From NCBI GenBank assembly GCA_028534125.1, contig CM052818.1, positions 45,138,001 through 45,202,000 on the forward strand: 64,000 nt of DNA, written 5' to 3'. Shown piece after piece: positions 61,975-64,000 of the stretch; position 1 is the first letter of the stretch, and each line of letters starts with the position of its first letter. This DNA is from Lama glama. Lineage: Eukaryota. Made by a program: the position numbers and the translations under genes. The notes beneath the pieces are model-generated. The model searched no databases. It was not told the DNA's origin and saw only the letters and a list, made by a program, of their open reading frames with translations.

Positions 61975-64000
61975 GTAGGTACGGGCCCCCTATTCCGGGT
62001 GGGGAAGCAGGCTGGGAGGCTCGGAAGCCCCACGGCGGGCTACGGCACCGGGAGCGGGCGGGCTCGTGCGTTGGCCCGGCCCGGGCCGGAGTAGGGGGTC
62101 GCGGGCCCGGCCCACGCGGGAGACATAGTAGACGAGGTCCCGGGGATGATAAGGGAGCTCCGGGGACCGGTGAGGAGAGTTCAGGGGTGGGGGCTGCCCT
62201 TGGACGGAGCCCCCCGCATTGGCCTCGGGCAGATGTACAGGGCGCATGGGGAGGTGAGCGCGCCCATGTCCCACCCTGGGGGGAGCTCGTGTGGGGGCGC
62301 AGCGGGGAGGACGGAGTCCTGAGGCCGGGCTCAAACCCAGACCCGGGGGGCTCTGGAGACAGCCCGGAGCCCGGGTGCGAGTGTCGGGCGGGCCGGGCAT
62401 GAGCTAAAGCGGGGAACTGCTTTTTAGCCCCTGAGACCAGCGATGGCTGATCCCTGGTGGTGGTGGGGTATTGGGGGGCCACCTAAAATGGGACCTTGTC
62501 CTGGCCCTCGAATGTGTACGGGAGAGTGCACCTTGTCCTAACCACCTGTTTGATGGAATTCCCACTAATAAGAAAAACTGAAACGTCAAAACCCAGTCCT
62601 GAAATGTCAGGATGGTTTCCTTAGAAAGGAATCGGTACCTTCCAAAAGCAGATCTTACGATGCAAGAGCACTTTAAATATGATTGGACATTTAAAAACTG
62701 AGTTGAACCCACACTTTCATGAGTTACATAAAAGTCTGTTTTAGAAACGGCAGTGAGTGAGATTGAGGATCCCGTCTCTTCTCTGGCTCCCCTTGGTCCC
62801 AGCCACGGCCCTCTTACCTGCACACTCTGGATCCGGATAGCCGGGGTTTGAGTCCCCGGCATCTATTAGCTGTGTGACTGGGAGCTAGTTACCTAACCAT
62901 TCTGGGCTAGTACTCCATAGGGTTGTTCTCAGGATTAATGAGCTTATATATGCCTGAAGAGACTAAACAGGGTATAAACGTGATGTAAGTATTTGCTGTA
63001 TTACTGTAGAGAGAATGGGTGAGGCGGAAAGAATTTAGTTTCTGTTTAGTTACCTGCAAGTGAATTCAGACAGGACTCTGAAAGAGTCTGTGATTCTTTC
63101 AGTTAACTTATTATTTTAATAAATGTGGTCAGCCTTTTGGGGAGACGTCTTGGTTTCTGGATGACTACTTTGGGACCATGTGCTCTTGTTAGCTGGTATG
63201 GGACAGAGATGTTACTGATGTGGATTTATAACAGCTCTAACTACTGTAGAGGAATAATGGGAGGCCACAGATGGTAAAACCATCTGCTCTCATGGATTCT
63301 AGACACTCGGATGTTCCAGTTTCCCATTGGTGCTCATTATCAGTGAGTGAAATGGGGATGTGATTTTTAGAAACAGAATATTACTGGTCAGCATTGACCT
63401 ACTTTATCATCTTAAGTAGGCTGAGGGTTTTCTGTTTTCTTGAGGGTTTTTGTAGGGGGAAGTTACTGACTACTTTTGTGCTGTTGGAATTTGTACATCT
63501 TTTAATGCTTTTTTGAGTAGCGTATTTGATTTTCTTCTAACCCTACTAGGTCTTAATGCCTTTTAAGGAATTTAAGTCTCGTATCTTTCTCATGAAGACA
63601 TTTCCATTGATAGCCATTTGTATGGAAAGGAAGCTCCTGGGAGAACCAGGAACAATGTAAAGACAAGTAACAAAATTCAACACCATTACTAGAAAAAAAA
63701 ATTAATAGCTCAAGTTCATGGTATACTGAGTGCCATTAGTCAGGACCACGGAAAGATAAAAAAAAAAATCATGGTTCATCATTTGGTGACTCTAGCCTGC
63801 CTGAAGTAGCCTGAGGAGGAGAGCACATCCTTTATTGCTGTCCATGATTGGCAGGAAGAGGCAAAGAACCTAATTGTCCTGTCACAGTCTCTAGAATGTC
63901 CCTCCTGGGGTTATACTCCTGCAGGTTCCAGTCATTTGGTTAAAATTTTGGGCATAGCCATATATTCTTTCTAATTATGTGGCCTTAGGCAAATTACCTT

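Larger units (their letters stand above)
61600..62420 (+). promoter_or_regulatory. CpG-island promoter of an unidentified gene that probably runs off the right end
   Basis: Very GC- and CpG-dense. CCAAT boxes at 61761-61765 (reverse) and 61794-61798, several GC boxes (61712-61722, 61833-61841, 61875-61881), candidate donors at 61913/4 and 61974/5, AT-rich intron-like sequence downstream. Confidence 0.88.

Noticed and set aside
61350..62482. ORFs of 136-336 aa over the CpG island
   Set aside because: Pro/Arg/Gly/Ala-rich, stop-poor frames expected from high GC; no recognisable domain.

Overview
Repeat-rich, mostly intergenic mammalian DNA, most likely camelid, judged from four tRNA-Ala-derived SINEs resembling the camelid vic-1 type and lineage-type L1 3' ends. 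No intact multi-exon CDS is supportable. The main gene-like items are a full-length processed alpha-tubulin pseudogene (TUBA1B-type UTRs, premature stop, 1-bp frameshift, poly(A), 16-bp TSD), a heavily decayed RPL23A retrocopy, a ~60-nt mRNA-tail retro-insertion, and a CpG-island promoter at the right end with a possible first coding exon (MARLVL). The rest is MaLR (MLT1) LTRs, two ERV1-type solo LTRs, L1/L2/MIR fragments and hAT MITEs. A 500-N gap flanked by a duplicated 199 bp is probably an assembly artefact. Most notable observations: a TUBA1A-like tract inside the TUBA1B retrocopy, a perfect ERSE in the promoter, a perfect GRE/ARE cluster beside a forkhead site, three co-oriented strong CTCF motifs, two solo LTRs each followed by a consensus splice donor, and an 88-bp inverted duplication. 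Repeat family names come from recalled consensus sequences and their boundaries are approximate; no database search was run. I see no clear evidence of a novel multi-gene system.
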